Assembly (NCBI GenBank): GCA_010015805.1
Contig: ML978129.1
Coordinates: 310,001-374,000 of the forward strand
Source: Rhizodiscina lignyota
Taxonomy: Eukaryota
Direction: 5' to 3'
DNA: 64,000 nucleotides
Under the pieces are notes generated by a model that was given only the letters and a program-made list of their open reading frames with translations, was not told where the DNA came from and ran no database searches. Numbering within the stretch: position 1 is the stretch's first letter; every line of letters starts with the position of its first letter. The position numbers and the translations under genes were made by a program. Of the stretch, positions 45,858 to 58,279 are shown one piece after another.

Positions 45858-46319
45858 AAATGGTGCTTGTCAGCACCTTGATCCGAGGGAGTTGACACTT
45901 CCTTGATAACTATTCCTTCACCGAAGGGGCCGAGCCGCGAAACTGTAAATAAATCTCGCTTGTTGCGCGATGCGAGTCATGGCGTGGTCGTTTGTGGCGC
46001 CTCTAGGATTCGGGATTCCTGTATGGTCTCGATCGTGAATTGAAACGGGAACTATAATTCGAACGGGAACTACCGGCTCTAGTGCTGTAACAGGAAACTT
46101 GTTCCTGGTGAGCCCATTCCGAAGTACTATAAAATTTCGAAGTTTGGATTTACGCAGAATCAAAGAACGAATCTACACGCTCTGATCTGCCCTCATTATC
46201 CTAAATCTGTTACAGTATAATATATATTTACCCGAATGATCGTCCGACCTTGTCTGGCAACTCTAATTTTCGTAACTCCCGCCCGTCCCAATCGTCATTG
46301 CGTGCTCAGCAGGCGCCCA

Positions 46320-48289
46320 TTACATCCTGTGCACATTGCTGTCCTTGCTCCACCTGCGGAACGTCTTGCCATAGAAGTAGAAGAGGATGCCGAACAAGCA
46401 AAACACTAAGATCAAGCTTGCATTCGTCATGATTGGCGGGATAAATCTGTCTCTTCGATTAGCGTGCTGCTTTCCAACTGTCTGGCACCTCCTAAGGCCG
46501 TTACTCACCCGACTTGCTCGCTCCACGGTGTAATGAACTTGCTAAACCCATACCCCCACACATTTTTATTCACAGTCATTGAAATGAACAGACTTCCGGC
46601 CACGGGCTTGTAGCTGTCGACCGCATAGGTGCTCACGATGGCCGGAATAGCCGCAACCTGGATACCGGCGCATGCATAGCCGATAACGACGATTGCTTGC
46701 CATGGCCAGTGGTTCTGGTACCCGACGCTCACGACAATGTTGCCGAGATACATAATGACCACAAAGGGAATCATCGCCGGCAGTCTCATCTCCGGTTCTC
46801 TGATGCCGTTGTTTCTCGCGGTCAGCTTGGCGGCAACCCAGTCGCTAAACGGACCTCCAGTCGCCAAGCCAATGATGGCGCCAACGACGACCGCGAAATT
46901 GGTGAAGCCGACGCTCGAGGCGGAGAAGTTGTACGGCGGAGCGGCGAAGGCCTGCGATTGCGTGAGGTTGAGCGTAAGGAAGGACGAACAGCTCCAAGAG
47001 ACAACAAAGCTGGCAAACTCGACGATGGGGAAGACGAAGAGCTTCCAAGGCGTCCAGAAGTCGATGAGCATGCTCTGGAATGGATGTGCATTTGGCTGAA
47101 ACAGGGCCCACTGCAGCTTCTTCGGCTTGCCTTTGCCAAGGTACGGATCGCGCGCCGCGGTCTCTTCGTGGGTAAGGCCGGGAAGCTTGGGATCAATTGA
47201 GGTTGGGGAGGCAGGCGCCTGAGTCGCATCTTGTCCCTCAACCGTTGCAGAATCATGCTTGGGGTCATGCTCGGTGGAAGGCTTCTCAGGGTCATGCTCA
47301 GTGGTAGCATTCTCGATTGAGACCGACTCGGCAAGTCTGAGAGCCTCTTGACGCTGAATCTCGGATGGATGGAGGCGGTGCCACCTTGTTTCTGGGTAGC
47401 CGAAGACGATGAGGACAATGGTAGCACCCAGGAGGGCTACATTGAGCCACCAAAAGCTACGGAAGCCTACTTGCTCAGCCATTGGACCAGCCACGATTGG
47501 CGAAACCATGAGGGATCCCATGTAGGTGACCCAGTAGGCCGTGTTCCACTTGCCACGGTCATGGAGGAAGAACATATCTGCGATGACAGCTGGTTGAATT
47601 GTCTCTGTAGGACCAGCTCCGATACCGTTGAGTCTGTACGTATATTAGCTTCGCGTCTGATTATTGCAAAAGAGGTTCCATACGCGCAAGCACCCATGAA
47701 GCTGTTGTAGCTCGTGGCTGTTCCTTTCCAGATTGACGCACCAAGACATATCGCAGTTGAAACCAGTAGAACAGGTCTTCGGCCAAACGATGTGCTGAGT
47801 GGAACCCTAATCAACGTAAATGTTAGCTTAACTTCAACCTCTCTTGATTAGGAACCTCCCACATACCAGACAAAATTGCTGAATCCCAGGACCAGAATGG
47901 TTACACCGGTGAACTGTACCACATCTGGGAGAGTAGAATGGAATTCCTCGATATAGTAGGGAAATTGAGGCGCTAAGGACAGAGTTCCAAAGGCTTGAGC
48001 GAAAGTGACGAAGCTGACAGTGAAGATAGTAATTATCTTCCACATCAGACTCCAGTTTAGAGGATCGGCCGGGTCATCAGTTGGCTGTGGAACCAACACT
48101 TCAGAAGAGCCTTTGCGGCCTTTCACGAAGTGATGGGTTCCAACATCGCGCATAATCTCTGTGCCGGGCAGTAGTTCCGTGCCCAACTCAGCTTCGAGAG
48201 CTTTAAGCTCCTGTATGAATTTATTGGTTAGGTTTGGACCAAAAAGGCTGAAAGCTGGCACTGACCTTCTCATCGTAGTTCATCTCCAT
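46320..48289 (-). CDS. MFS transporter, HOL1-like (DHA1-related), multi-exon
   Basis: Motifs LVPQPTDDPADPLNWS, FGRRPVLL, DMFFLHDRG, RNNGIREPEMRLP and TYAVDSYKP. Confidence 0.9.
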
Positions 48290-51200
48290 GGCGGGTGAGA
48301 CTTGTGTATCGAGGTACAATACGGCTGTTTCTCACTTGTACTTTCCAGCGGTGCTCAAATGCCTTCTTCTTTTCGATTCGAGTCGCGCGGATATTCCCCG
48401 CCTGATAGGAAATATGAGGCAAATATAAAACCCAGCAAGGTAATATCGGGAAAAACTCAAAGGATTATCCAGTGTGCGTGATGATTGATCCGCTTGGTAA
48501 GGATTCACTGTGACGGGGAACTCCCTCCGGCAATATGGTGAAATCCTGGTTTCCGACCTGTTTAAATCTTTTTCGATACCTTAACTCGACCAATTCTCTT
48601 GATATAGTTGCATGAAAGGGCGTATATGCTGTGTATGAAAGTCCACGAATTACTCCTTCTCACGTATGCGAGATCAGTCGCACGACAGAGAGGAGCCGGC
48701 GATGCGAATCTCGGATTTACCGGCCGCCAGGAATCAGGAAGAGAAGACAAAGTGCTTGAATAGAGAATTTGAGAAAGGGCAGCGCGGTTTGTGGTGAAGC
48801 TGAAAGGACGAGCTTTGACGCCTGGGCTTGGTTTAGCCGCAGGTTCGATTATAAGAGACACGCTCAATAAGACGTCGAATGTGCACATGGTCATGGCGTA
48901 CAAATGCCAGAGGGATTAGATCATTAGGAAAGAGCTTTGGCTTTCCCCGCGCATCTCCAGCGCGACAAGGGTTGCCATGGTAGCGAATCCGGAAAGGCCA
49001 ACTTGGACGCCCCAGGCCAACCGATACGCCCTTCCCAGGCATCGCTCCGCTGCTGCCGTGTTGGCGTGTGAGAGCGACATGCCACGAATTGCGTGGCATT
49101 TGTGCGCGCACTCCGGTGGTTGTCTGCAGCCTGCAGAACTTTAGCTCACCCGCCTTCCACCCGGCGCGATCGTGCAGGGTGTGGTTGTCTCGGCAGTGCT
49201 TTTGGGACAAGCTGGTGACGCTATGGCCTCATTCGGCACATCGACCGATCTGGCTGCCCATAGAGAGTGACCGGGAGTGGATATCGGCATCATGGTCAGC
49301 GCCTGTAACTGGTGGAGACTCCACGGCGATGCAGCAAGCCATGAGTCCCTGGCAGACAGCGTTTGATTTTCGAGTCGGTCCTCCCTGAGCACATGGCGGC
49401 ATGGATCGCACACAATGACAGATTCGCGAGAGAAGGCCGGACTCGAGAAGTGACAAAGTCAAGAGTCAATTGGAATCTTGGAAGAGTCGGAATTTCGCTA
49501 GCAGGCGGTGTGAGTGGCACGGCTAATCTGGAGGGGTTGGTATTTGGCATCAGCGACGTCTCCCATTTCTGAGAAAAACAAGTCCGAAATGAATTTTATT
49601 GGAATCGGCAAGACATTTTATCGGCTGGCGTATCGGTGACGGGCCTTTGTAATGTGATAAACCCAACCGGCTGGAACGACGGCAATCTTCCTGCCTTGGG
49701 CAAGTATCGACACCGCAATCTTCTTCCACTGTTCCCTCCTGAGCTGGAAATATTGAAATTCAGGAGTACATATCAATCACGTCGGCCCTTCGTCGTCGAT
49801 GGCGCCGAACAACGTTCTCTGGATCTGCTCTGGCCTGCGCAGTGTGAGCAGTTTGAGGCTGGCTGACAGCCCGCTGGCTGATTGACGATGCTGTGCGCAC
49901 TCATCTGCGGTCGTCCATCTTGGTCCAATGCTTTGAGGCCTGCTCAACGACAGGCCTGCCTCTTCAGTGGTAAGAGAGATTGCGACCAAGAGCTTGGGAT
50001 GTGAAACATTTAAGAGGGTGCAGCATTCAAGATAGCCAAGGACCTATCTGCATGCCAGCAAACTTCGGTTCGGTTGTAACCGATCAACCAATTGTCGTAG
50101 GTTGTCACTCGTATTTCATCTTAGCAGTCTTCCGAGTTATAATAATCTGAGAGCATTATTGACGAAAATCTTCCTTCAACAAGTCGTATGCGACTTCCCT
50201 AGTGCGTAGAAAGTCCTTCTCAAGAGTCTTAGACTCTTAGGAGCTCTGAGAATTTCTCTGCTCTCCGCATTTGCGCTACCAAGTTATCTTCTAGCCTTCA
50301 ACAGGCTGACAGCTCGAATTTTCTCCTTCCTAACTTGAAGTAGCTCGTGGTCATTTTCCGAATCGCTCAGGTTTTTCTCAATCTTTCTTTTAGTTGTTTA
50401 ACGTGTGCGGAGTACAGAATACCAATGTCTCACTTTTTTTTCCGATGTCGCAACAAATAAACTTACCAAGCTTTAACGTCGTTGTACAGGAGAGTCCACA
50501 AGTCATACCATTCAAACCGCATCATGGCCGAAAACCAAGTCGCGAATTCGTTAGCCTCTTGGGAGGGTCACGACCCACGAGATAGTCGGCCGCGTGGTAA
50601 GTTGTAATGCATAAGGGCGAACAGTTCTTACATCTCAAAGCAATCGAGAACATCTTCGGAAGCTTGTTCTTACGCTCCTCGGAGTGTCTATAATAACGGC
50701 GTACTATTGAAAACCCTGCATGTGTTACTCGTTGTACAGCGAACTGAAGGCGGGAGCCACGAGCGCGTGGAGATCACGTCAAATTCCACGTGGAGGTTAT
50801 ACATCGTAGGTATTAAGTGTCTTAGAGCTGCGACCAACTTTTCTTTCAACCTCGAGTCACTTCACTCTACTGTCAGGAGAGGAAGCTCGCGTACCTGCAT
50901 TGATCGCCGCTCATCCATGCTGAAAGAAGCGAAAAGTAGGTCACACTACCCCGATGATACTCGCAAATCTGTATTTCTTCCTTCAAGCCAGCATTTGGCA
51001 TGCAGATGTTCTGTCGACTTATATACGAGGAGTTTTGGCACGTTGTCTAAATCCTTCGCACGAATCGGGAAGGTGGCCTCCCAAATTTCGCTTTAGAGAT
51101 GCATCATGTCGATCAAGTTCTCGGCGTGAGGAACGCGAGGGTTTTATATACAAACATCAATTATCGCGTCAATCGTAGCATCCATAATACATGTTCTAAT

Positions 51201-51353
51201 ATGATCTATCATTTTTCATTTTCGGATCTGAGAATTGTTCCTTTGGATTTAGTCAATTGAGTTTACTGAGTATCTATAATTGTAACAGAGGCATTCGTGT
51301 CCAACAACACTACCAAACCCACAATAGTCTAAAGCAATACTACCTCAGTAAAC

Positions 51354-52442
51354 ATGAATTGTCTTCCTACAATCCTCTCTTTTCTCTCTCTCCTCCCCCT
51401 CATCTCAACCACCGCTCTCAGCCCACGAACCTCATCAACCAACCTCTCCATCCTCGCAGGCTACCACGTCATCTACTCCTATTCTGGCACCACCGTCCCA
51501 GCCGCCCTTCTCAACTCAGTCAAGGCAGGCAAAGTCGGCGGCATCATCCTCTTCGGCGACAACGTTGACTCCGCCATTGCCACTCACATGGCCAGCATCC
51601 AGTCCGCCTACAAGCAATCCGCCTCCTACCCCGGCTACCCGCTCCTCATCGTCACGGACCAAGAGGGCGGAGAAGTCAAGCGCCTGCCTGGAGGACCGGA
51701 CATGTCTGCAAAGGAAGTCGGCGAGCAGAGCAACCCAGCTTCCGCCGCCACAGACGCGGGCACGCAGGCCGCTGCGTCGTGCACCAATGCCGGCGTGAAC
51801 GGCAACCTCGCGCCGGTGCTGGACGTGTATCGTTCGCCGGGGGACTTTGAAGATCAGTATCAGCGCTCGTTCGGGAACACGTCGGCTCTGGTGTCGACGT
51901 GTGGGACTGCATTTATTAAATCACAGCAGGCGAAGGGCGTGGTAGCCACGGCGAAGCACTTCCCTGGCCTGGGCGCTGCGAGTGCTGATGAGAATACGGA
52001 TGAGGCCCCTGTGACGCTGAACCTGACGCTCGCCGAGATTAGGAGTGTCGATGAAGCGCCATATGTGAAGGCTATCGCTGCTGGGGTGAAAATGATCATG
52101 CCATCTTGGGCGACGTATCCGTCTCTCGATGCTGATCGCCCGTCTGGATTGAGCTCGAAGTGGATTCAGAGTGAATTGCGAGGAAGGCTTGGGTTTAAAG
52201 GCGTGACGATCAGCGATGCCATCGAAGCTGGTGGGCTAGAAGCATTTGGGTCTGACGATGGAGCAAGGGCAGTTCTGGCGATGCAGGCAGGCATGGACAT
52301 AATCCTGGCTGCGGCGGAGGATGAGAGTCAAGGGAGTGAGATTGTGGACGCGATAGTCGCTGCGCTAAATGATGACACGTTGGACAGAGACGCATTTGAC
52401 GCAAGTACGAACAGGATACTGAGCCTACGCAAAGGTTTGTAA
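51354..52442 (+). CDS. Secreted single-domain GH3 glycosidase, NagZ-like beta-N-acetylhexosaminidase, intronless
   Basis: Signal peptide; VGGIILFG, TDQEGGEVKRL, NLAPVLDV, RSFG and KHFPGLG; LRGRLGFKGVTISDA carries the nucleophile Asp. Confidence 0.88.
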   Translation: MNCLPTILSFLSLLPLISTTALSPRTSSTNLSILAGYHVIYSYSGTTVPAALLNSVKAGKVGGIILFGDNVDSAIATHMASIQSAYKQSASYPGYPLLIVTDQEGGEVKRLPGGPDMSAKEVGEQSNPASAATDAGTQAAASCTNAGVNGNLAPVLDVYRSPGDFEDQYQRSFGNTSALVSTCGTAFIKSQQAKGVVATAKHFPGLGAASADENTDEAPVTLNLTLAEIRSVDEAPYVKAIAAGVKMIMPSWATYPSLDADRPSGLSSKWIQSELRGRLGFKGVTISDAIEAGGLEAFGSDDGARAVLAMQAGMDIILAAAEDESQGSEIVDAIVAALNDDTLDRDAFDASTNRILSLRKGL

Positions 52443-52757
52443 ATATGGCAATCGCACTGAGGACTGCCAAACTTGTTGTTACATCAAGGTTTTAAATGCA
52501 CCAAGAAGCTCATTGGACACTTTCTCGATGAAGGTCGAAGTGAACGCAGCATTTGATACGATGCCAGCGGGTATCTTATGATTTTTGGATGTGCAAAATA
52601 ACGCCCGACGAAAGGAGTGGTATCTTGCCAGGTCCACCTTTTGATTTATAGAAGACGCCAAAGGAATGCAGGGCCATGGGCAGTGCCAGAGACATGGCAC
52701 AGAGTGCTAGTTAGACAAATGCTCAGAAGGACAAACGACAGCGCAGGGAGTTGGAGG

Positions 52758-53470
52758 CTACGGATCATCGTCTGGTGCGGACGTGAATATGCTGAATCGT
52801 AACCGATGTGACTATTGTCAGAGGTTAGAAGACACGGAATCAGAGACTGGAGTGCATGATGGACTTACTGCCGGAAGCTTTGGGATGACAACCGCCAACG
52901 TAGCCAAGAAATTGATCAAGAAGTAAGTCAGGTCATAGTGCGTATAGTGCGTCGACACCAGGAACAGTATGACCGGCACGCTAAGCAGGAACTTCTTCGC
53001 CGGTGTGTACTGGTCTCCATTGTCGATCTGCTCCCACATATTCAGGTTGTCGTATGCACCAGCGTTGAAGTCAAACGGCACGCCGCGGACCCAGTGGAAC
53101 ATGATGTATGAGCCGAGCATGTACGAGATGTTCGTCAGCGTCCACGATGTTTCCTGAGAGACGCCGGGGAGGATGTCATAGAAGATCTTGAGGCAGACGA
53201 TGAGGACAAAGTGGATGGCCCAGGCACCTATATCCCTATTAGTCAAGTGTACCTGAAGATCATCCGGCATTTCCACTGTTTCCAGCTTTCTCTCCAATCC
53301 CAAGAGAAGTCAAACATACCTTTTGCGTTGACCCATTGCGAGTTGAGATTTGGCAGCGCCGCCTGGTCACTGATATGCTCCAAGCTTTCCGGGGGCTCGG
53401 TATACACCAGACTGCTCGAGCGCCTCCGCCTGCCGCTCTTTGTTGTCGTGCCAGCGCTCAGCGTGCTCAT
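52758..53470 (-). CDS. ORM1: ORMDL family regulator of serine palmitoyltransferase, 3 exons
   Basis: Motifs RRRRSSS, NLNSQWVNAKGAW, FHWVRGVPF, LNMWEQIDNGDQYTPAKKFL and IPKLPASHRLR. Confidence 0.93.
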
Positions 53471-54092
53471 TCTCGGCTGATGTCCACGCGAGGGAGGGGG
53501 ACGTGGATCGCCGGAGAAGGAGAGCGAGCGCGAGGTGGTGCGGTTGAGGAGTATGGGCGACAGCTTGGCGGTATTTTGCTGGCTCGTGACGCTACGTGGT
53601 GTTTTGTGGTCGAAGGGGGTTGAGGCTGTGGGCGCTGTTACACAGAGGAAACAGCGGGGCGGAGAGAATGTTGCAGCCTGGGCGATGAGGGGAGGTTGAG
53701 GATGACGTGGAGATGTTATTGAGGGACGGATGTAGGTGGAAGTGCAACGACGTATTCGGACAAAGGACGCGGTTGCGTAAGGTAAGACGGTAGCCTGCGC
53801 GACGTGCTGGAGCTCCCGAGATACGAAGAGAGTGCCGAGGCAGAAGAAACGATGGTGAACGCAGTGAAGCAGGAATACTGATTGTTTGGGTCTGCTGGAG
53901 TGGACTGAGCTGGCTCTCGTGGGTGCGTTGCAGGTTACGGGAGATGTGGCCAGGGTGCGAATGACATCTCCTGCGTGGAAGTGGCCCGAGCTTCAGGCAC
54001 GATCGCGTTGAAATGCATCATAATTGGTAATGCCATTTATCAACTATTCGCCTCTTGCATTTCTGAGACGCTTCTAGAGCTATGCAACAGAA

Positions 54093-54587
54093 ATGGACGC
54101 GCCAGAACCAAATTCCCGCTCCTCAATCATCAGGAACACATGCCACTCGTTCTGCCAGTCTCTCATCCACTCACCAAATCCACCTCAGCTCATTGACCAA
54201 CACTTTTCGCTCTCGCCTAGCATCACTGAGCATGGTCCTATTTGGGCGAACGAACGACTGCCTTTTCTAGGCAAAACTTTCACCACCAAGGACGGCTGTC
54301 TCGAATACTTTGATGTGCTATCTAAAACCCTCACAATGGACATGAGTCCAAAATCATTTCCCAAACCGGAGGATTTCATCGTCAACGCCTTTGCCACAAC
54401 GCACGAAGGGGCAAGACAGGGGGTAGTAAGCGTCGTCGGGGCAGCAACATTCAGGAGCGTCAAGACTGGGAAGTCATGGGATGAGAAATTCATCTACAGA
54501 CTAAGTGATTTCGATGGCGAGGGTAAGATAGGTCATTGGGAGATCTGGGCAGATCCATTGAGCGCGTGGGAGGCGGTTGGTGACTGA
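54093..54587 (+). CDS. Uncharacterised SnoaL/NTF2-like fold protein, intronless
   Basis: EHGP...LPFLGK.F...YF..L, VVSVVG.A.F....TGKSWDEKFIYRL and WEIWADPLSAW; the fold is inferred. Confidence 0.65.
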   Translation: MDAPEPNSRSSIIRNTCHSFCQSLIHSPNPPQLIDQHFSLSPSITEHGPIWANERLPFLGKTFTTKDGCLEYFDVLSKTLTMDMSPKSFPKPEDFIVNAFATTHEGARQGVVSVVGAATFRSVKTGKSWDEKFIYRLSDFDGEGKIGHWEIWADPLSAWEAVGD

Positions 54588-55038
54588 AATCCATCAAGCT
54601 TATATTCCGAAATTGGTGTGGTAGAGCGTCACTCCGCAAATAAATCAATGCAACAACGGTTAGAAAATGAAATTGGATTTACTACTCCCGAAGCCATACT
54701 ATCGCACATGACCGTCAAAAGAAAAGAAAAAGCAGAGAAATCAGCACCCAGCCAGTTGGATATTTTGATCAAGAGCTTCCAGCCACTTGACGTTACTTCT
54801 TTTCGCATTTGATCTTTTTTTCTTATTTCCTGTCTGGAGAGCAAACTTGCAGCAAAAGAGTGTCACCATGAATTATCCAATGTGGGCGCCGATCGCGGTG
54901 AACGCCAGAGAACGTACGCCTCGCATTGTCATGAGGGAAGGGAGAGTACCCATCGAAACCACGATATTGTGAGTAAAAGGAAAGGGGGTCAATCTGATCC
55001 TGATCTTGATATCTTTGCAGACCTGTTCTGTAATGTCT

Positions 55039-58000
55039 TTACGCGAGCTCCTCGTCGCTAGCGTCCAGGATGTCGTACTCCTCATCAGTCAGGAAGCCAT
55101 CCTCATCAGAAGAGGTAGATTCCTCGATAATCTCAACGCTCTCGGCGTCCTCGAAGATCTCCGGTTCCTCAGTGGCCGGGGAAGCGACAGTGGTAGCCTG
55201 AGACCTAGCGGTTACGGCGGTAGCTGGCGATGAAGGAATAGCAGACTCGTGTGTGCTTGACGAGGGAGACTCCTTCTCGAGCTTGGGGAAGATCATGGTA
55301 CTCTTCTCGGCTTCAACCTCCTGCTTGACCTCTGGCTCAGCCTTGACTTCTGGCTCAACCTTGACTTCGGCCTCGGCCTTGACCTCTGGCTCAGTCTTCA
55401 CCTCAGGAACAGGCTCGACCTTAGCTTCCTCCTTCTCGGGAACATCCTCAACCGTCGGCGCGGGTGGGTTGCGCATGCTTGGCTTCATGTTGGCAGCAAT
55501 CTCCTTCTTCTCAGCGCTGACAGCAGCCAGGCGAGCGGCGTGGAGAGCCCTAAGCATCTGGACGCGCTTGGCGCGATCTTCGTCTTCAGACAGCTTCTGC
55601 TTGCGCTTCTGCACTTCCTCGAGCGCCTTAACACGCTCCTCCTGCTTCTTGATGGCCTCGGCCATGAGAGCACGCTTCCTATTGAACTCCTCAAGGAGAT
55701 TGTTCATCTCCTTGTCCTCAGCTGGAGCCTTGGACGAGTCGGCGGTAGTCTCGAGTGCTTGTGCGGGAGAGATCGCTTTCGCATCTTTCTCGACAACGTC
55801 AATATGGCACCACAGCCTGTGGCCGAACGGAGTGTTGTCGGGAGACTTGAGACGCCAGTAGGAGATGCTGGTGCCAACGCGCTGAGGAGCCTTCATGAGG
55901 ACACGGAAGTGGACCTCCTCGCCAACTTTAACAACACGTTGGATGACGTTGCTGCCGGCAGCGCCAACAATTCCACCGAGGCTATCTTCAACGTTGAGCA
56001 TCATGTCACCACCCACGTAGCGGACACGGCAGCCAGCTGGCCAAGCATGAGGACCAGGGTTCCTGAGAGTCCAGATCTGAATGAAGCGTTGGCTGGGGGA
56101 CATCTCCGTGCCATCGGTAATGGTATCGCGGACGAAGTGAGCATTCAGCTGATCACCGGATGCAGTGATTGCGCTACGAACGGACAGAGACTTCCTGAGA
56201 GGAATCCTCTCCATTGGCGACTTCTCCGCTGTCAAGAGATCTTGCACCTTGAGCTTCTCCTTGATTGGCTCAGCCAGGAGATCCTTGATCTCGATCTTCT
56301 CCTTGATAGGCTTGGTAGCAGGCTCCTCAACTGGCTTGACGTCGACAATCGGCTGAATCTTCGACACGGTGTGCGTGGTTCGAGGAGGTGATACAGGGAC
56401 CCTTGCGGAGGCCTTCACACTGTTGTCGCCCATAGTGGCCAAGAGGGAGCCATTCTTGTCCTCGCCCATCGTAGTGACACTCACATTGCGCACTGGAGTC
56501 TTGAACTTGATGAGAGGATGTGTCCGGTTGTGCTTATTGGCTGGCGAAGCCTCGCAGCTAGCGCAGAAGTCGGTGTCGTGACATATAGCGCACTTGTAGC
56601 GAACACCCTGAATGAAGGACTTGGTGCTAGTGCCATTCTTGTTGCAGAGGGGACCATCGCAGTAAATGCCGTGGTGGTTTGTGCTGAACGTATGAGGTGT
56701 CGCATAAGGCTCATAGATTGGAACGAAGCGGTGGCCAGGGTGGAGCGTAGCGGCTTTCTCGAAGCACTTGGAGCAATAGTCCCAGTCGGGGCAGTTCAGG
56801 CACTTGTGGCGAACACCATAGATCTTCTGCAAAGAGTGTAAGTTATCGAACGGAAAGATCTTTGCCATGCACCTACGCAGTCGCACTCATCGCACAGAGC
56901 ATTGTGGAGAACATTGCGGCCAGCTGTAGCCAAGAATCTTGCAAGAGGGCTGACGCCAGAGCCATCAACTGCGGGGGTGAAGGCGTGAGCAGGATGGTGG
57001 CCATGCTTGTTGCCCTTAAGGCATGGCTCGCAGAGGTCATAGTCCTCGCAAGTCTGGCAGGTCAAGAACTGGTTCTCATCGAAGACTGCGGCATCGTTAG
57101 GAACATTGCAAAAGATCATAGCACCGCTTGCAGGCTTACCCTTGACGCAAGAGTTACAGGTACGAGTGGGAACACGAGGCTCCTCAGGGTAAGGCTTCTT
57201 CTCATCAGCAGCATAGGCACCCGGCATCTTCTTCTCCACTTCAGCCTTGGTCTCCACTTCGACCTTGGGCTTGGTGGCAACACGCTCAGTGGTGCTGCTG
57301 ACGACCTTGTTGTCCCTCACATAGCGCTTGATGAGGAAATGCTTATCCTCGTGACAGTGCTTGCCAGCAGAGATGCAGGACGTGCAGAGGTCGAAGTCGC
57401 CACTATCGCAGACGTTGCAGTGATAGTGCTCGTGCGGCATTCGGGCCTCACAGCCATTGCAGTAGACCGACCAGTCGGCGTGGCCGTTTGTAGGTTGTGG
57501 CAGCAGCTGCGGCTCTTTCGTACGCAGTGCCAGATTAGCGCGAGAGGCTTCGGCAAGCTCAGAGAAGAAGGCGGCTGGTCCGCGCGTCAGATCATGCATA
57601 TTAATCTTGTCAGATGATAACTTACCCTCACGAGCATGGAAGGCGCGGGGCAAAGGAGCCTCATCCTCAGCCTCAGCCTTCACTTCTGGTTGACGCACAG
57701 AAGTTGCACTGCTCACTCGGACGCCTCCAGTGGGGTTGTTAAGGGTCGCTTCAGATGCAGAGAAGATGGGGTTCATGAGCATCTTGGTCGTCGTCTTCTG
57801 ACGAAAGTTACGGAGATTAACCGTCGGCGTCGGCACAGGCGGGCTGGGGACTGGCAGCACCACCTCGTCGCCCAGGGAAGTTGCTCGAAGACGAAGCTTC
57901 AGCTTGGCCTTCGCTGCACGGTAGAGGGTCTTGTATGCCTGGAGGTTGGCGGGATCGAGGGTGATGTAGGCGCCAGCGCTATCGGAGAAGCGCTCGAAGG

Positions 58001-58279
58001 TGATCAGCTTGTCCTCAGGAATGTCAAGCAGCTGTCGAAGCTATAGGCGAGTTAAATGTTAGCTCGATGAACTCTGATGGTGGTGTTTCGTGCTTGCTCG
58101 TTTGCTTGAGCCTCGCAGCGGACCACCCGAGGCTGCCGCAGGTGTCACCGACGTACCTTATCTGGGAGGTTGTTTGGACCGAGATCCCCCAAAGGCACTT
58201 TGAACTTCTTGTTCGTGCCCTGGTAGGTGATTTTGACCGATATCAAGGTCTCCATGGTGACTGGGGTGTTTGTCGCCAT
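55039..58279 (-). CDS. NBR1: NBR1-like selective autophagy receptor (PB1-like N-terminus, four ZZ zinc fingers, FW/N_BRCA1_IG domain, C-terminal LIR), multi-exon
   Basis: Repeated C..C...C..C.D(F/Y)D.C..C...H ZZ motifs; FW domain FVRDTITDG...WTLRNPG..AWP.G...SYWRL....FGHRLWC; acidic tail DEEYDIL (LIR/AIM). Confidence 0.88.
55318..55425 (-). repeat. Coding 18-bp tandem repeat (~6 imperfect units) encoding (V/A)KxEPE units in NBR1
   Basis: Plus-strand unit ccttgacYtctggctcaR; protein AKVEPVPEVKTEPEVKAEAEVKVEPEVKAEPEVKQE. Confidence 0.8.

Noticed and set aside
22254..52757. Starship/transposon or secondary-metabolite cluster interpretation of the accessory block
   Set aside because: No DUF3435 captain, transposase, terminal repeats or RIP-like AT-rich tract, and no PKS, NRPS or terpene synthase backbone gene.
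53703..53710. TGACGTGG as a UPR element upstream of ORM1
   Set aside because: Plausible, but a single short match indistinguishable from a generic CRE/bZIP site.
55253..58046. Long plus-strand ORFs (202, 283, 251 aa) opposite NBR1
   Set aside because: Antisense shadows caused by strong codon bias in NBR1; no family features.
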